Of a DNA stretch of 64,000 bases, positions 54,886 through 63,699 are shown piece by piece (within the stretch, counting starts at the first letter, position 1; every line of letters begins with the position of its first letter). The DNA lies in assembly GCA_963674695.2 (NCBI GenBank), contig CAXXGI010000002.1:768001-832000 (forward strand). The letters run 5' to 3'. The position numbers and the translations under genes are program-made. This DNA comes from a bacterium (GTDB lineage: Bacteria; UBA10199; 2-02-FULL-44-16; JAAZCA01). The notes under the pieces were generated by a model. The model made no database searches, was not told the DNA's origin, and saw only the letters and a list, made by a program, of their open reading frames with translations.

Positions 54886-54901
54886 AGCAATAGGCGTGCC
54901 G
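54886..54901 (-). promoter_or_regulatory. Sigma-54 (-24/-12) promoter
   Basis: Minus strand CGGCACG-CCTA-TTGCT versus consensus TGGCACG-N4-TTGCW, 54 nt upstream of the start. Confidence 0.7.
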
Positions 54902-54991
54902 AGGGGAATGAGAGGAATGATATTTATAATTTCAAAGAGTTAGGTGTGTCATCATGAAGATGGTGGGTAAAAGTTTGCCGGGTTTTCGTCA

Positions 54992-55015
54992 CAATCGTCA
55001 ATGCATTGACGATTG
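54992..55015. promoter_or_regulatory. Perfect 24-bp palindrome, candidate enhancer (bEBP) site
   Basis: CAATCGTCAATG/CATTGACGATTG about 90-110 bp upstream of the sigma-54 site. Confidence 0.55.
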
Positions 55016-55101
55016 GATTGTGGTGGTCAAAAAATACTATAAATACTGGATTTCAATAGGGGTTTCGTGTGGAGGCTGCACGGCTATTGGATCGATTACA
55101 G

Positions 55102-57120
55102 TCAGTTTTTGGCCCTCCGGGGGAGGAGGCGGCGCATGACGATGAGGATCAGAATTGCAAAGGGACTCAACCAAAGGGCCGAGGTCTTTTCAGCATGGCC
55201 TGTGAGCGAGCAGCCGCTTCCGCCCAGGGCTTCGAGTTGTGTGATCGTCGGACTGAAGAGCGCCTTGGTGAGCTTTCCTCCCTCGCGCGTGCACTGGATG
55301 ATGAACGGGGAGGCGTTCACCCCGAGCGATGTCTCGAAATAGGCGATCGTCTGGTCGCTCGTCGCGAGCAGCTCCGCCGTCGTGTCGCCGACCGTCACAC
55401 CGGTGACGTTGGGACACTGGCAGTAGCCCTGCAACAGAAATGAAGCACTGTCCACATAGGAGGTCTCACCGATGTTGGTAACATAGACGTTATCCCCCGC
55501 GCAGGCCCCCACTCCGGAAGGCGTTGTTCCCACGCTGTTCATCGGGTCGGAGAAGGCGGAGGTGTTTCCATCCGCGTCGGTCACCGTCGCCGTGTAATAA
55601 TGTGTCGAGTCGATCGCCGTCCAGCCGCTTCCCGAAAAGAGCCCGTCGGAGGAGATTGCTTCGGCAAGGAATGTTGCGCCGTCTGCGGAGATATCGTCGA
55701 AAATCTCGACGGTGGATCCGTCGGCGGTCTCCACAGAGCCGCCAACCTGTGTTGAGGAGATGGCGATAGGGGCGGTGGCGCTTAAAACCGGTGAAAGGAT
55801 GCCGCCGTTGGCGTCGTGCAGAAGATAGATGCCGGAGACGAGGCTGCCCGTGATGGCGTTGCGACGCAGTTGGTTACGCAAGGCGGCAGCACCGTCGATG
55901 AAGACACCGTAGGTGTCGTTGTTCGTTATCGCGTTGGCGGAAAAATTTCCGTCGTTGTCCATGCCCACGAGCGAATCCACTGCGTTGAAGAGCCCCAGCC
56001 CCGAGAAGGCCATCTCTGAAAGGGTGTTTCCGGTGATGACGGCGTCGGTGGAGCCCGTGAGGCAGAGCCCGCTTCCTGCGAGCTGGGCGTACATGATGCT
56101 GGGATACTGGGTGCCGGTGTCGTAGCCGAGGGTTCCTGCAGCGATTTCGGCCAGAAGATTTGAGCCATCGAAGTTACGTCCACTGCCCTGTCCCACGAAG
56201 GCGAAGGGGACGACGTATTGGACAGAGCTGTCCTCGAAGAACAGCTCGACGGCCGCGGTGATTTCCTCGCGCGTCGTTCCGGGGATGAGGGCGCTGTCCA
56301 CAAACATCGCGATGTTGGTGGTGTAGGCGTCGCGGGTGCCTTTGTAGAGAACGAGGTGATAGGATTCACTGCCGGTTACGAGGCTTTGAGCAACATCCTG
56401 GGACGATGAACCGCTTGCCATCGGCATGATGGTGTGAAGCGCAGTATAGTTGCCGTCGTACATTCCGACGAGTGACCAGGAATCGGGGCAGTAGTCGCCC
56501 TCTCCCCCGTAGGTGTAGCAGGTATAACTGGGAGGGTAGAGGGTGGCGTGAAAGGACAGAAGGGTGTCGTCGCTTCCTGTGAACGTATTATTGCGTATGA
56601 TATGCCCCGATCCGCCGAAGAGCATGACGTGGTAGGCGGCTGCATCGACCGAGGTGTTGTCTTCGATGATGAGGTCGCTGGGGCCATCGGGGCTCCAGCG
56701 TGATCCGCCCTTGGGGGTTTGCCCCTGTGTGTGTGCTCCATAGGAGAAGATGGCGACGATCGTTCGGCTGGCATCGAAGTTGAGTCCCCGAATCTCCGTC
56801 TCCGATGCGCCCGCGTTGAGGTTGAGGAGGCCGGAGAGAAACCAGCTGTCGGAGGAAAGCGTGATGTCGCGGTCAGTCGCGTCGATGATGAGCTTCTTGT
56901 CGATCTCGAGTTCGGTGACGAGCGAGATCGTTTCGCCGTCGAGTGCGGCAGCAAATTCAATCGTGTCGCCGGCGACGGCGTCTTCCACTGCCTCGCGCAG
57001 GCTGCCCGCCGGTGCAGGGTCGGCGTCGGTGGCGACGGTGACGGTGTGGATGGCGGCCTGGACAGTGGTCGAGAACAACAGCGCCAGAACGAAAAAAACG
57101 GCCCTGATAAGACGCATCAT
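55102..57120 (-). CDS. Surface protein with right-handed beta-helix repeats and Cys-containing C-terminal sorting signal
   Basis: Signal peptide, GSLREA motif, PbH1-like repeats, GNTS.FS, terminal GGSGCSL-TM-RR. Confidence 0.75.
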   Translation of the reverse strand: MMRLIRAVFFVLALLFSTTVQAAIHTVTVATDADPAPAGSLREAVEDAVAGDTIEFAAALDGETISLVTELEIDKKLIIDATDRDITLSSDSWFLSGLLNLNAGASETEIRGLNFDASRTIVAIFSYGAHTQGQTPKGGSRWSPDGPSDLIIEDNTSVDAAAYHVMLFGGSGHIIRNNTFTGSDDTLLSFHATLYPPSYTCYTYGGEGDYCPDSWSLVGMYDGNYTALHTIMPMASGSSSQDVAQSLVTGSESYHLVLYKGTRDAYTTNIAMFVDSALIPGTTREEITAAVELFFEDSSVQYVVPFAFVGQGSGRNFDGSNLLAEIAAGTLGYDTGTQYPSIMYAQLAGSGLCLTGSTDAVITGNTLSEMAFSGLGLFNAVDSLVGMDNDGNFSANAITNNDTYGVFIDGAAALRNQLRRNAITGSLVSGIYLLHDANGGILSPVLSATAPIAISSTQVGGSVETADGSTVEIFDDISADGATFLAEAISSDGLFSGSGWTAIDSTHYYTATVTDADGNTSAFSDPMNSVGTTPSGVGACAGDNVYVTNIGETSYVDSASFLLQGYCQCPNVTGVTVGDTTAELLATSDQTIAYFETSLGVNASPFIIQCTREGGKLTKALFSPTITQLEALGGSGCSLTGHAEKTSALWLSPFAILILIVMRRLLPRRAKN

Positions 57121-57239
57121 ATTCTCCCCGGGAAGATTGTGGAACAGGTGTCAAATGACATCATCGCCTTCTTGATCGATTGCCGCAAGTATTTTTCACG
57201 GTGCGGAAGCGGAGAATGAACAGGGTGCTTGCCTTATGT

Positions 57240-57271
57240 AGACGGCCGACCACTCATGGTCGGCCGTCTTT
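57240..57271. terminator. Hairpin terminator
   Basis: AGACGGCCGACCA/TGGTCGGCCGTCT. Confidence 0.65.
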
Positions 57272-57302
57272 GTATTGACGATAAGATTTTGATGATGCGA
57301 CA

Positions 57303-58619
57303 TCACTTCAGGAAATCGCTTAACACCGTATTGAGCGTGGGTTCGCCCATCTCCTCGAGTTCATAGTAGACGCGCATGGCGGGTTTTTTGAGGTCGATGA
57401 CGCGTCGGATATCGATCGGGCTGCCGATGAGGATCAGATCCGCCGGCGTGGCTTCGATGGATTTCTCCAGATCCTCGAGCTGATCATCATAGTAGCCCAG
57501 CGCGGGAATGAGATTTCCGAGGTTCGGATACTTCGTATAGGCATCCTTGATGGAGCCGACAGCAAACGGTTTCGGATCGACGATCTCCTGGGCATCGAAT
57601 TCATCTGCGGCCACCATGCCGGCGCCGTAGCTCATGCCGCCGTGGGTGAGCGTGGGGCCGTCTTCGATGACGAGGACGCGCTTCCCACGAACGGCGGCGG
57701 GGTCATCGACGGTGATCGTCGAGGCACCCTTGATCACCTGTGCATTCGGGTTGAACTGTTTGATGTTGGCCAACACCGTGTTGAGTTGTTCGGCGGAGGC
57801 CTGCTTGTATTTGTTGATGACGAGGACATCGGCCATGAGAAAGTTTGTCTCACCGGGATAGTAGCTGCGCTCATGCCCGGGGCGCAGCGGGTCGAGCACC
57901 GTGATGGCCAGGTTCGGTTTCACAAACGGCGTATCGTTGTTGCCGCCATCCCAGATGATGACGTCGGCCTCCTTCTCCGCCTGCCGCACGATCGCTTCGT
58001 AATCGACGCCGGCATAGACGACCATGCCGTTGTCGATGTAGGGCTCGTATTCCTCGCGCTCTTCGATGGTGCAGTTGTGGCGATCGAGGTCTTCGTAGCT
58101 CGCAAAGCGTTGAACCGCCTGCTCGGCGAGATCCCCGTAGGGCATCGGGTGGCGAATGGCGACGACCTTCTTTCCGTGTTCCTTAAAGATCTTCACGATA
58201 CGGCGCGAGGTCTGGCTCTTGCCGCAGCCGGTGCGGATGGCGCAGACGGAGATCACCGGGACCTTCGCTTCGATCTGCGTCTTGCCCGGTGCCAGCAAAA
58301 GAAAGTTTGCGCCGACGGCAGCGACCCGCGAGCCCATCTGCCCAACGTATTCATGCGAGACATCGCTGTAGGAGAAGACGACCAGGTCGATCTTTTCCTT
58401 GGTGATGATGTCAGTGAGTTCCTCCTCGGGGCAGATCGGAATGCCGTTTGGGTAATCGGGGCCGGCAAGCGCTGCTGGGTAACAGCGTCCTTCGATATTC
58501 GGAATCTGGGTTGCGGTGAAGGTGACGACCTCATAGTCGGGGTTGCCCCGAAAATAGGTGTTGAAGTTGTGGAAGTCGCGTCCAGCCGCTCCCATGATCA
58601 GTACGCGTTTCTTGGTCAT
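57303..58619 (-). CDS. arcE: Arginine synthetase ArcE-like P-loop protein (COG2403, often annotated cyclic 2,3-diphosphoglycerate synthase)
   Basis: IMGAAGRDFHNFN, TATQIP, RTGCGKSQT, RHPMPYG, WDGGNND, EDGPTLTHG; GGGAGG RBS. Confidence 0.75.
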   Translation of the reverse strand: MTKKRVLIMGAAGRDFHNFNTYFRGNPDYEVVTFTATQIPNIEGRCYPAALAGPDYPNGIPICPEEELTDIITKEKIDLVVFSYSDVSHEYVGQMGSRVAAVGANFLLLAPGKTQIEAKVPVISVCAIRTGCGKSQTSRRIVKIFKEHGKKVVAIRHPMPYGDLAEQAVQRFASYEDLDRHNCTIEEREEYEPYIDNGMVVYAGVDYEAIVRQAEKEADVIIWDGGNNDTPFVKPNLAITVLDPLRPGHERSYYPGETNFLMADVLVINKYKQASAEQLNTVLANIKQFNPNAQVIKGASTITVDDPAAVRGKRVLVIEDGPTLTHGGMSYGAGMVAADEFDAQEIVDPKPFAVGSIKDAYTKYPNLGNLIPALGYYDDQLEDLEKSIEATPADLILIGSPIDIRRVIDLKKPAMRVYYELEEMGEPTLNTVLSDFLK

Positions 58620-58989
58620 CTCAGCCTCCCGAGCCCCGTGGACTCTTCTTGCTGCGTCTGTTGAGGGTTTCAGTCCTGGAGTGGGGAAACGATGTGCCGA
58701 CGCAGTGAGGCTTGCCTTCGTGCATCCCAATCCGGCGTCTTGCCGAGAACCATCTTTAGCAACCGAAGCAGGGAAACTCAAGCCGTGCGTTGTGTGTGCG
58801 GGATCGATATCGCAACCCCCCGAAGAGGCTGGAAAAAGGCAAGTCATTTCAATGTGTTATGTTCTGCTTGTGAAGAAAGAAATGACGCAACTTTTCGGGG
58901 GATCGACCGAAAACTCTTTTAGTGACGACTTTTATTAGCTACGGAGCGGTCGGAGCTTTGTCGACCCGGCTTTGTGAGGAAGGATGTGT

Positions 58990-60444
58990 ATGGATCCATT
59001 GACGATAGGTGTGATGATTTGTGTCGCCCTTTTTGCTGCGAGTTGCACCGGGAAACCTTCGGAGAAGGTGCCGGTCGATGGCGATGAGGATCTGCCGATC
59101 GGCGGCGATGAAGATCTCGATGATGATGGCGAAGCAGTCGATGAAGTCGCTGATGGTCCGGATCCGGAAGAAGAGGTGGAGTCGGAACGCACGCGCCCCG
59201 ATGGCTTCGTCCGTCTGCCCGATCCTCGCGATCGCGATGCGGTCTGTCGGAATGTGGTGGACATCGATCTGACCGGAGATCGCCTCGCCTTCGTCTGCGG
59301 CTATCCGACCAACCGCGTCGGGACCTACGATGTGCGCACGTTCGAGGAGGGGGAGGGTGATCCCGAGGCGGTTTCGGTGAACTTCGCTGGTGCATTCGCT
59401 GGTCATGTCGATAGTCTCGAAGGTGGCCTCGAGGCCGTGCAGCTCATCGAGTATGGCGCTGACTATCTGATTCCATTCGCTAACAAAACGGAGAATGAAG
59501 AGGAAATTTTCAGCGGCTTTGCAACCGTCACCGGCGATGGCCAGTTGGTGCCGACCGTTTCCATCGATACCGTTTCCTTCGCGAACGATGTCCCGATGGA
59601 GATGGACGTTCATCATATCCGTTCGGCGGTCGTCTATGACAATCGTCTTTGGGTTGCCGCAACCGATCGCGAGACGGATCACGGTATCGTCTATTCCTAC
59701 AGCTTTCTCATGAACGGTGCGATCAATCCGCGCAGCGCGCGCATGCCCATTCCGACGACGGGGATCTTTCCGACGAGCCTGACGATGATCGATGAGGATG
59801 CCGGCCTGGTCGCGGTGCTCAACCTCGCCGGGGAATACCCCCATGGGACCATGGGCCTGAATCCCACGAAGCTCGATCTGCTCGATCTCAATGCGACGGA
59901 CCCGGCTTCGGCGCTGGTGGAATCGGTCGATTTACGCGTGGTGCCCATGATGCCCTCTCCGGAGCTCGCCTTCGATGCCGAACACATGCAGGCGGCGATC
60001 GCGTTCGCCGGGATGGATCCGGGAATTCTCATCGTCGATCTGCACGCGGGACGCCGTGCGATTCACAATGTCATCCACATGAATGATTGTGGGCTGGAAT
60101 CTGAGGTGAAGGCGCTGGCCGTTCGAGACAATAGGGTCTGTGCCGCGCTCGAGGGGGGAAAACTCCTCTGTTTTGACCATGCCGATGTTCCGACACTTAG
60201 GGGGACGTTTCCTGCGCGCCTCATCGATGCGCAGATGCCCGTCGGGGCGATCGCCCTCGGTCGGAACGACTATCTCTACGCGGTTGTCGACGACGCCCAT
60301 ATCGAGGCGATCGATCTCAATGCGGTGGAGGACGAGGCGCTCACCTGCGGAACGGTGATCGTCGAAAAGCCGGAGGTCGATGGCGATGAGGATAACGATG
60401 CCATCGACGTCGATCCGGATTACGAACATATCTCAAAGCTGTGA
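58990..60444 (+). CDS. Acidic lipoprotein, probable beta-propeller
   Basis: Lipobox AASC, acidic linker, repeated short beta strands. Confidence 0.65.
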   Translation: MDPLTIGVMICVALFAASCTGKPSEKVPVDGDEDLPIGGDEDLDDDGEAVDEVADGPDPEEEVESERTRPDGFVRLPDPRDRDAVCRNVVDIDLTGDRLAFVCGYPTNRVGTYDVRTFEEGEGDPEAVSVNFAGAFAGHVDSLEGGLEAVQLIEYGADYLIPFANKTENEEEIFSGFATVTGDGQLVPTVSIDTVSFANDVPMEMDVHHIRSAVVYDNRLWVAATDRETDHGIVYSYSFLMNGAINPRSARMPIPTTGIFPTSLTMIDEDAGLVAVLNLAGEYPHGTMGLNPTKLDLLDLNATDPASALVESVDLRVVPMMPSPELAFDAEHMQAAIAFAGMDPGILIVDLHAGRRAIHNVIHMNDCGLESEVKALAVRDNRVCAALEGGKLLCFDHADVPTLRGTFPARLIDAQMPVGAIALGRNDYLYAVVDDAHIEAIDLNAVEDEALTCGTVIVEKPEVDGDEDNDAIDVDPDYEHISKL

Positions 60445-60466
60445 TGTCTGCAAAATGTGGAATCGG

Positions 60467-60497
60467 AAGGGTCGGCCGTCGCCGGCCCTTTTCTTTT
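60467..60497 (+). terminator. Rho-independent terminator
   Basis: AAGGGTCGGC/GCCGGCCCTT then T run. Confidence 0.7.
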
Positions 60498-60556
60498 GCG
60501 TTGGATGCGGAAAGCCGATTGACGCCGCGGTCGTGGATGCGCTAGCCATGCGGGCC

Positions 60557-61426
60557 ATGAACGCCATCACCATTTCTGCCCCCGCCAAGGTCAACACCGT
60601 CCTGCGCGTCGTTGGGCGCCGGCCGAACGGCTATCACGACCTCGAGATGGTCATGGTGCCGCTGTCCGTCGCCGACGAGATCAGTTTGACTAAACGCGAT
60701 TCGGGGATCGAGCTTGTCTGCGATGGGGGTTCCGACGAGGGAATGCAGGCCGAGCGCAACCTCGCCTGGCGTGCCGCGCGTGCCCTTCAGGAGGCCGCGG
60801 GGATCTCCTCCGGGGTGCGCATCGAGTTGACCAAACGCGTTCCCATCGCCGCGGGGTTGGGCGGCGGCTCGAGCGATGCCGCGGCGGTCCTGCGCGGGCT
60901 CAATGAGTTGTGGGAGCTGGGATGGGAGCCACAGCGGCTGGCCGAAATTGGCGTACATCTGGGGGCGGACGTGCCCTTCTTCTGTTTCGGGCGTTCGGCC
61001 TGGGTCGGGGGGATCGGCGATCGCATCGACCCCCTCGAAAAATTTCCAAACCTCTCGTTATTATTGGTGAATCCGAATATCTCCGTGGCCACCCCCTGGG
61101 TCTATGGCCAGTGGGATGAACTGCAGAACCAACGCAAAAACAAGGGGTTGACTGGTCATGAGGCCGGTGCTAGGGTCCGCCCGCTTTTTCAGGGTGTTTC
61201 GGATGTGATCGAATCCCTGCACAACGATCTCGAAGCCGTCACGATTCCGGCTTATCCGATCATTGCCGATATCAAGCGCGCGCTGCAGGAGAACGGGGCA
61301 GCGGGAACGCTCATGTCCGGGAGTGGCCCGACCGTCTTCGGCCTCTTTCGCGATCGCGACCAGCGCGACCGGGCGGCACAGCGCATCGATGGCGATGCGT
61401 GGCGAGTGATCCCAGCCGACGTGTAA
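60557..61426 (+). CDS. ispE: 4-diphosphocytidyl-2-C-methyl-D-erythritol kinase
   Basis: APAKVN, GYH, PIAAGLGGGSSDAA, GADVPF, NDLE, MSGSG. Confidence 0.95.
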   Translation: MNAITISAPAKVNTVLRVVGRRPNGYHDLEMVMVPLSVADEISLTKRDSGIELVCDGGSDEGMQAERNLAWRAARALQEAAGISSGVRIELTKRVPIAAGLGGGSSDAAAVLRGLNELWELGWEPQRLAEIGVHLGADVPFFCFGRSAWVGGIGDRIDPLEKFPNLSLLLVNPNISVATPWVYGQWDELQNQRKNKGLTGHEAGARVRPLFQGVSDVIESLHNDLEAVTIPAYPIIADIKRALQENGAAGTLMSGSGPTVFGLFRDRDQRDRAAQRIDGDAWRVIPADV

Positions 61427-61444
61427 GGGAACCTCGGAGGCATA

Positions 61445-61729
61445 ATGGAAATCACCGACGTCTCGGTCTTTCCGGTCGACGAGGAACGGCTCAAGGGGTA
61501 CGCGACGATCACCTTCGATAGGTGTTTTGTCGTGCGTGACGTCAAGATCATCGCGGGCACGAAGGGGTTGTTTGTCGCGATGCCCTCGAAGAAGCGTCGT
61601 GATGGCACTTATCGCGATACCGCGCATCCGCTCAACCAGGAGATGCGCGAGGTGATTGAGGCGCGGGTGCTCGGTGCTTATACGGTGCAAGCGGAGAAGG
61701 GGACGGGCGAGTCCGGTAACGCCGAGTAG
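61445..61729 (+). CDS. spoVG: SpoVG
   Basis: MEITDV...LKGYA.ITFD..FVV, GLFVAMPSKK, DTAHP. Confidence 0.93.
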   Translation: MEITDVSVFPVDEERLKGYATITFDRCFVVRDVKIIAGTKGLFVAMPSKKRRDGTYRDTAHPLNQEMREVIEARVLGAYTVQAEKGTGESGNAE

Positions 61730-61796
61730 GGGGAGTGTTTTTCGTCCATCGTCCGAATGAGCGCAGCGAGTGGACATCATGCGTCCTTCGGCAATT

Positions 61797-61868
61797 TGGG
61801 GCGTCGACAAGCGGTAAGTCACCAGCCTTTGGAGCTGGCATCCGGAGGTTCGAATCCTCCCGCCCCAG
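61797..61868 (+). tRNA. tRNA-Gln (TTG)
   Basis: Acceptor TGGGGCG/CGCCCCA, anticodon arm CCAGC-CTTTGGA-GCTGG, T arm GGAGG-TTCGAAT-CCTCC; CCA not encoded. Confidence 0.95.
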
Positions 61869-61873
61869 CACTT

Positions 61874-61958
61874 TCGTGGTCTCGTGAATCGTGGTCTCGG
61901 GGATCGTTCCAAACACGAGACCACGAGTTCACGAGACCACGAGACCACGAGACCACGA
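61874..61958. repeat. 8-bp tandem microrepeats in inverted pair (TCGTGGTC / CACGAGAC)
   Basis: Direct reading between tRNA-Gln and prs. Confidence 0.85.
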
Positions 61959-61965
61959 GGAACAT

Positions 61966-62916
61966 ATGTTTGGAAACAACAACCTCAAGCTGATTACGGG
62001 AAATGCCAATCGCGATCTTTCGGAGGCCATCGCCCGATCGTTGCGGCGCGAGTTGGCACATGCGACGGTCAAGCGCTTCTCCGACGGTGAGACTTGGGTG
62101 GAGATCGACGAGAACGTCCGAGGTGCCGACGTCTTCGTGATCCAGCCGACCAGTTTTCCGGCAAATGAACAGCTCATGGAGTTGCTCATCATTATCGATG
62201 CGCTCAAGCGTTCTTCGGCCGGTCGTATTACGGCGGTGATTCCCTATTATGGCTATGCCCGCCAGGATCGGAAGGTCAGCCCGCGCACGCCGATCAGCTC
62301 GAAGCTGGTCGCTGATCTGATCACGGCGGCGGGGGCAGAGCGCGTGTTGACCATGGATCTCCATGCGGGCCAGATTCAGGGGTTTTTCAATATCCCGGTG
62401 GATCACCTCTTTGCCAAGCCGGTGCTCATCGATTATCTGCGCGAGCATTGTGGGAAACAGGAGCTGGTCGTCGTTTCTCCCGATGCCGGCGGTGCAGAGC
62501 GCGCGCGTTCATTTGCGAAGCTCCTGCATGCGCCGATCGCCATGATCGATAAACGGCGTTCCAAACCGAACGAGAGCGAGGTCATGCATATCGTCGGTGA
62601 TGTCGAAGGTCGGAAGGCCGTCATCGTCGACGATATCGTCGATACCGCAGGGACCATGGTGGTCGCAGCCGAGGCGCTCACGGCTAACGGAGCCACAGGG
62701 GTGATCGCTTGTTGTACGCACGCGGTGCTCTCCGGGCCGGCGATCGAGCGGCTGAACGAGTCGCTCATCGAAGAGTTTATCACCACCGATACCATTCCGC
62801 TGGGCGACAAGGTGGCGCGGTGTTCGAAGATCAAGGTGCTGTCGGTAGCTTCGCTTTTGGGTGAGGCGATCAAGCGTATTCACAACGCCGATTCGGTGTC
62901 GTCGTTGTTCGTGTAG
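61966..62916 (+). CDS. prs: Ribose-phosphate pyrophosphokinase
   Basis: FSDGE, YARQDRK, DLHAGQIQGFF, SPDAGG, VDDIVDTAGT. Confidence 0.96.
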   Translation: MFGNNNLKLITGNANRDLSEAIARSLRRELAHATVKRFSDGETWVEIDENVRGADVFVIQPTSFPANEQLMELLIIIDALKRSSAGRITAVIPYYGYARQDRKVSPRTPISSKLVADLITAAGAERVLTMDLHAGQIQGFFNIPVDHLFAKPVLIDYLREHCGKQELVVVSPDAGGAERARSFAKLLHAPIAMIDKRRSKPNESEVMHIVGDVEGRKAVIVDDIVDTAGTMVVAAEALTANGATGVIACCTHAVLSGPAIERLNESLIEEFITTDTIPLGDKVARCSKIKVLSVASLLGEAIKRIHNADSVSSLFV

Positions 62917-63013
62917 GTCTTATTCAACGGCCGCTCATGTGGTGGCCTCAATTTCGTCGGGCTGGATGCTGAAAGCTGTAGGCCACAGGCCGAGGGCGAA
63001 CGAAGGAGGACGT

Positions 63014-63694
63014 ATGGAACGCGTTGCAATAACAGGAGAGAAAAGGAGTGTTGGAAAGGGCGCTTCGCGCCGAGCTCGCGCGGCGGGTCAGGTGCCGGCG
63101 GTGCTCTACGGGCAGAAGGTGGATCCGCAGCCGCTCGTGGTCAATCGCAAGGAGTTGGAGCGTGCCGTGAAGACCAAGGCTGGCCTCAACGTCCTGGTTG
63201 ACCTTACGATTGCCGGAGGCGATTCCGGCCTGGCGGTTATCCGTGATTATCAGGCAGATCCGTTTCGGCGCGATTTTATTCACATCGATTTTCAAGCGGT
63301 GAGTCTGGACGAAAAACTCGAGATCGAAGTTCCGATCCGCCTGGTCGGCACATCCCGCGGTGTCAAGGAGGGCGGTGTCATCGAGCAGTCGCGCCATGCC
63401 CTGACGATTTGCACCACGCCGGATCGCATTCCAGATGGCATCGAAATTGACATCACAAACCTCGATATCGGCGACAATCTCCATGCCAACGACGTGGTGT
63501 TGCCCGAGGGCGCAACCTTCCCCCGTCAGGTGAACTTTACCGTCGTGGCCGTCGTTCCGCCGGCCAAGGAAGAGGAGGCCGCAGCGACGACGGAAGAAGG
63601 TGTGGCAGCAGCGGCTCCGGCTGAGGGTGCTGTGGCAGCAGCGGCTCCGGCTGAGGAGAAGAAGGCCGAAGATGGCGCCTCGGAGAAGGCGTAG
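63014..63694 (+). CDS. rplY: 50S ribosomal protein L25 / Ctc
   Basis: GKGASRR.R..G.VPAVLYG, HIDF, GVKEGG; AGGAGG RBS. Confidence 0.95.
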   Translation: MERVAITGEKRSVGKGASRRARAAGQVPAVLYGQKVDPQPLVVNRKELERAVKTKAGLNVLVDLTIAGGDSGLAVIRDYQADPFRRDFIHIDFQAVSLDEKLEIEVPIRLVGTSRGVKEGGVIEQSRHALTICTTPDRIPDGIEIDITNLDIGDNLHANDVVLPEGATFPRQVNFTVVAVVPPAKEEEAAATTEEGVAAAAPAEGAVAAAAPAEEKKAEDGASEKA

Positions 63695-63699
63695 CTTCC

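Noticed and set aside
63594-63657. 30-bp duplication in rplY
   Set aside because: In-frame low-complexity Ala/Glu tail typical of Ctc/L25.
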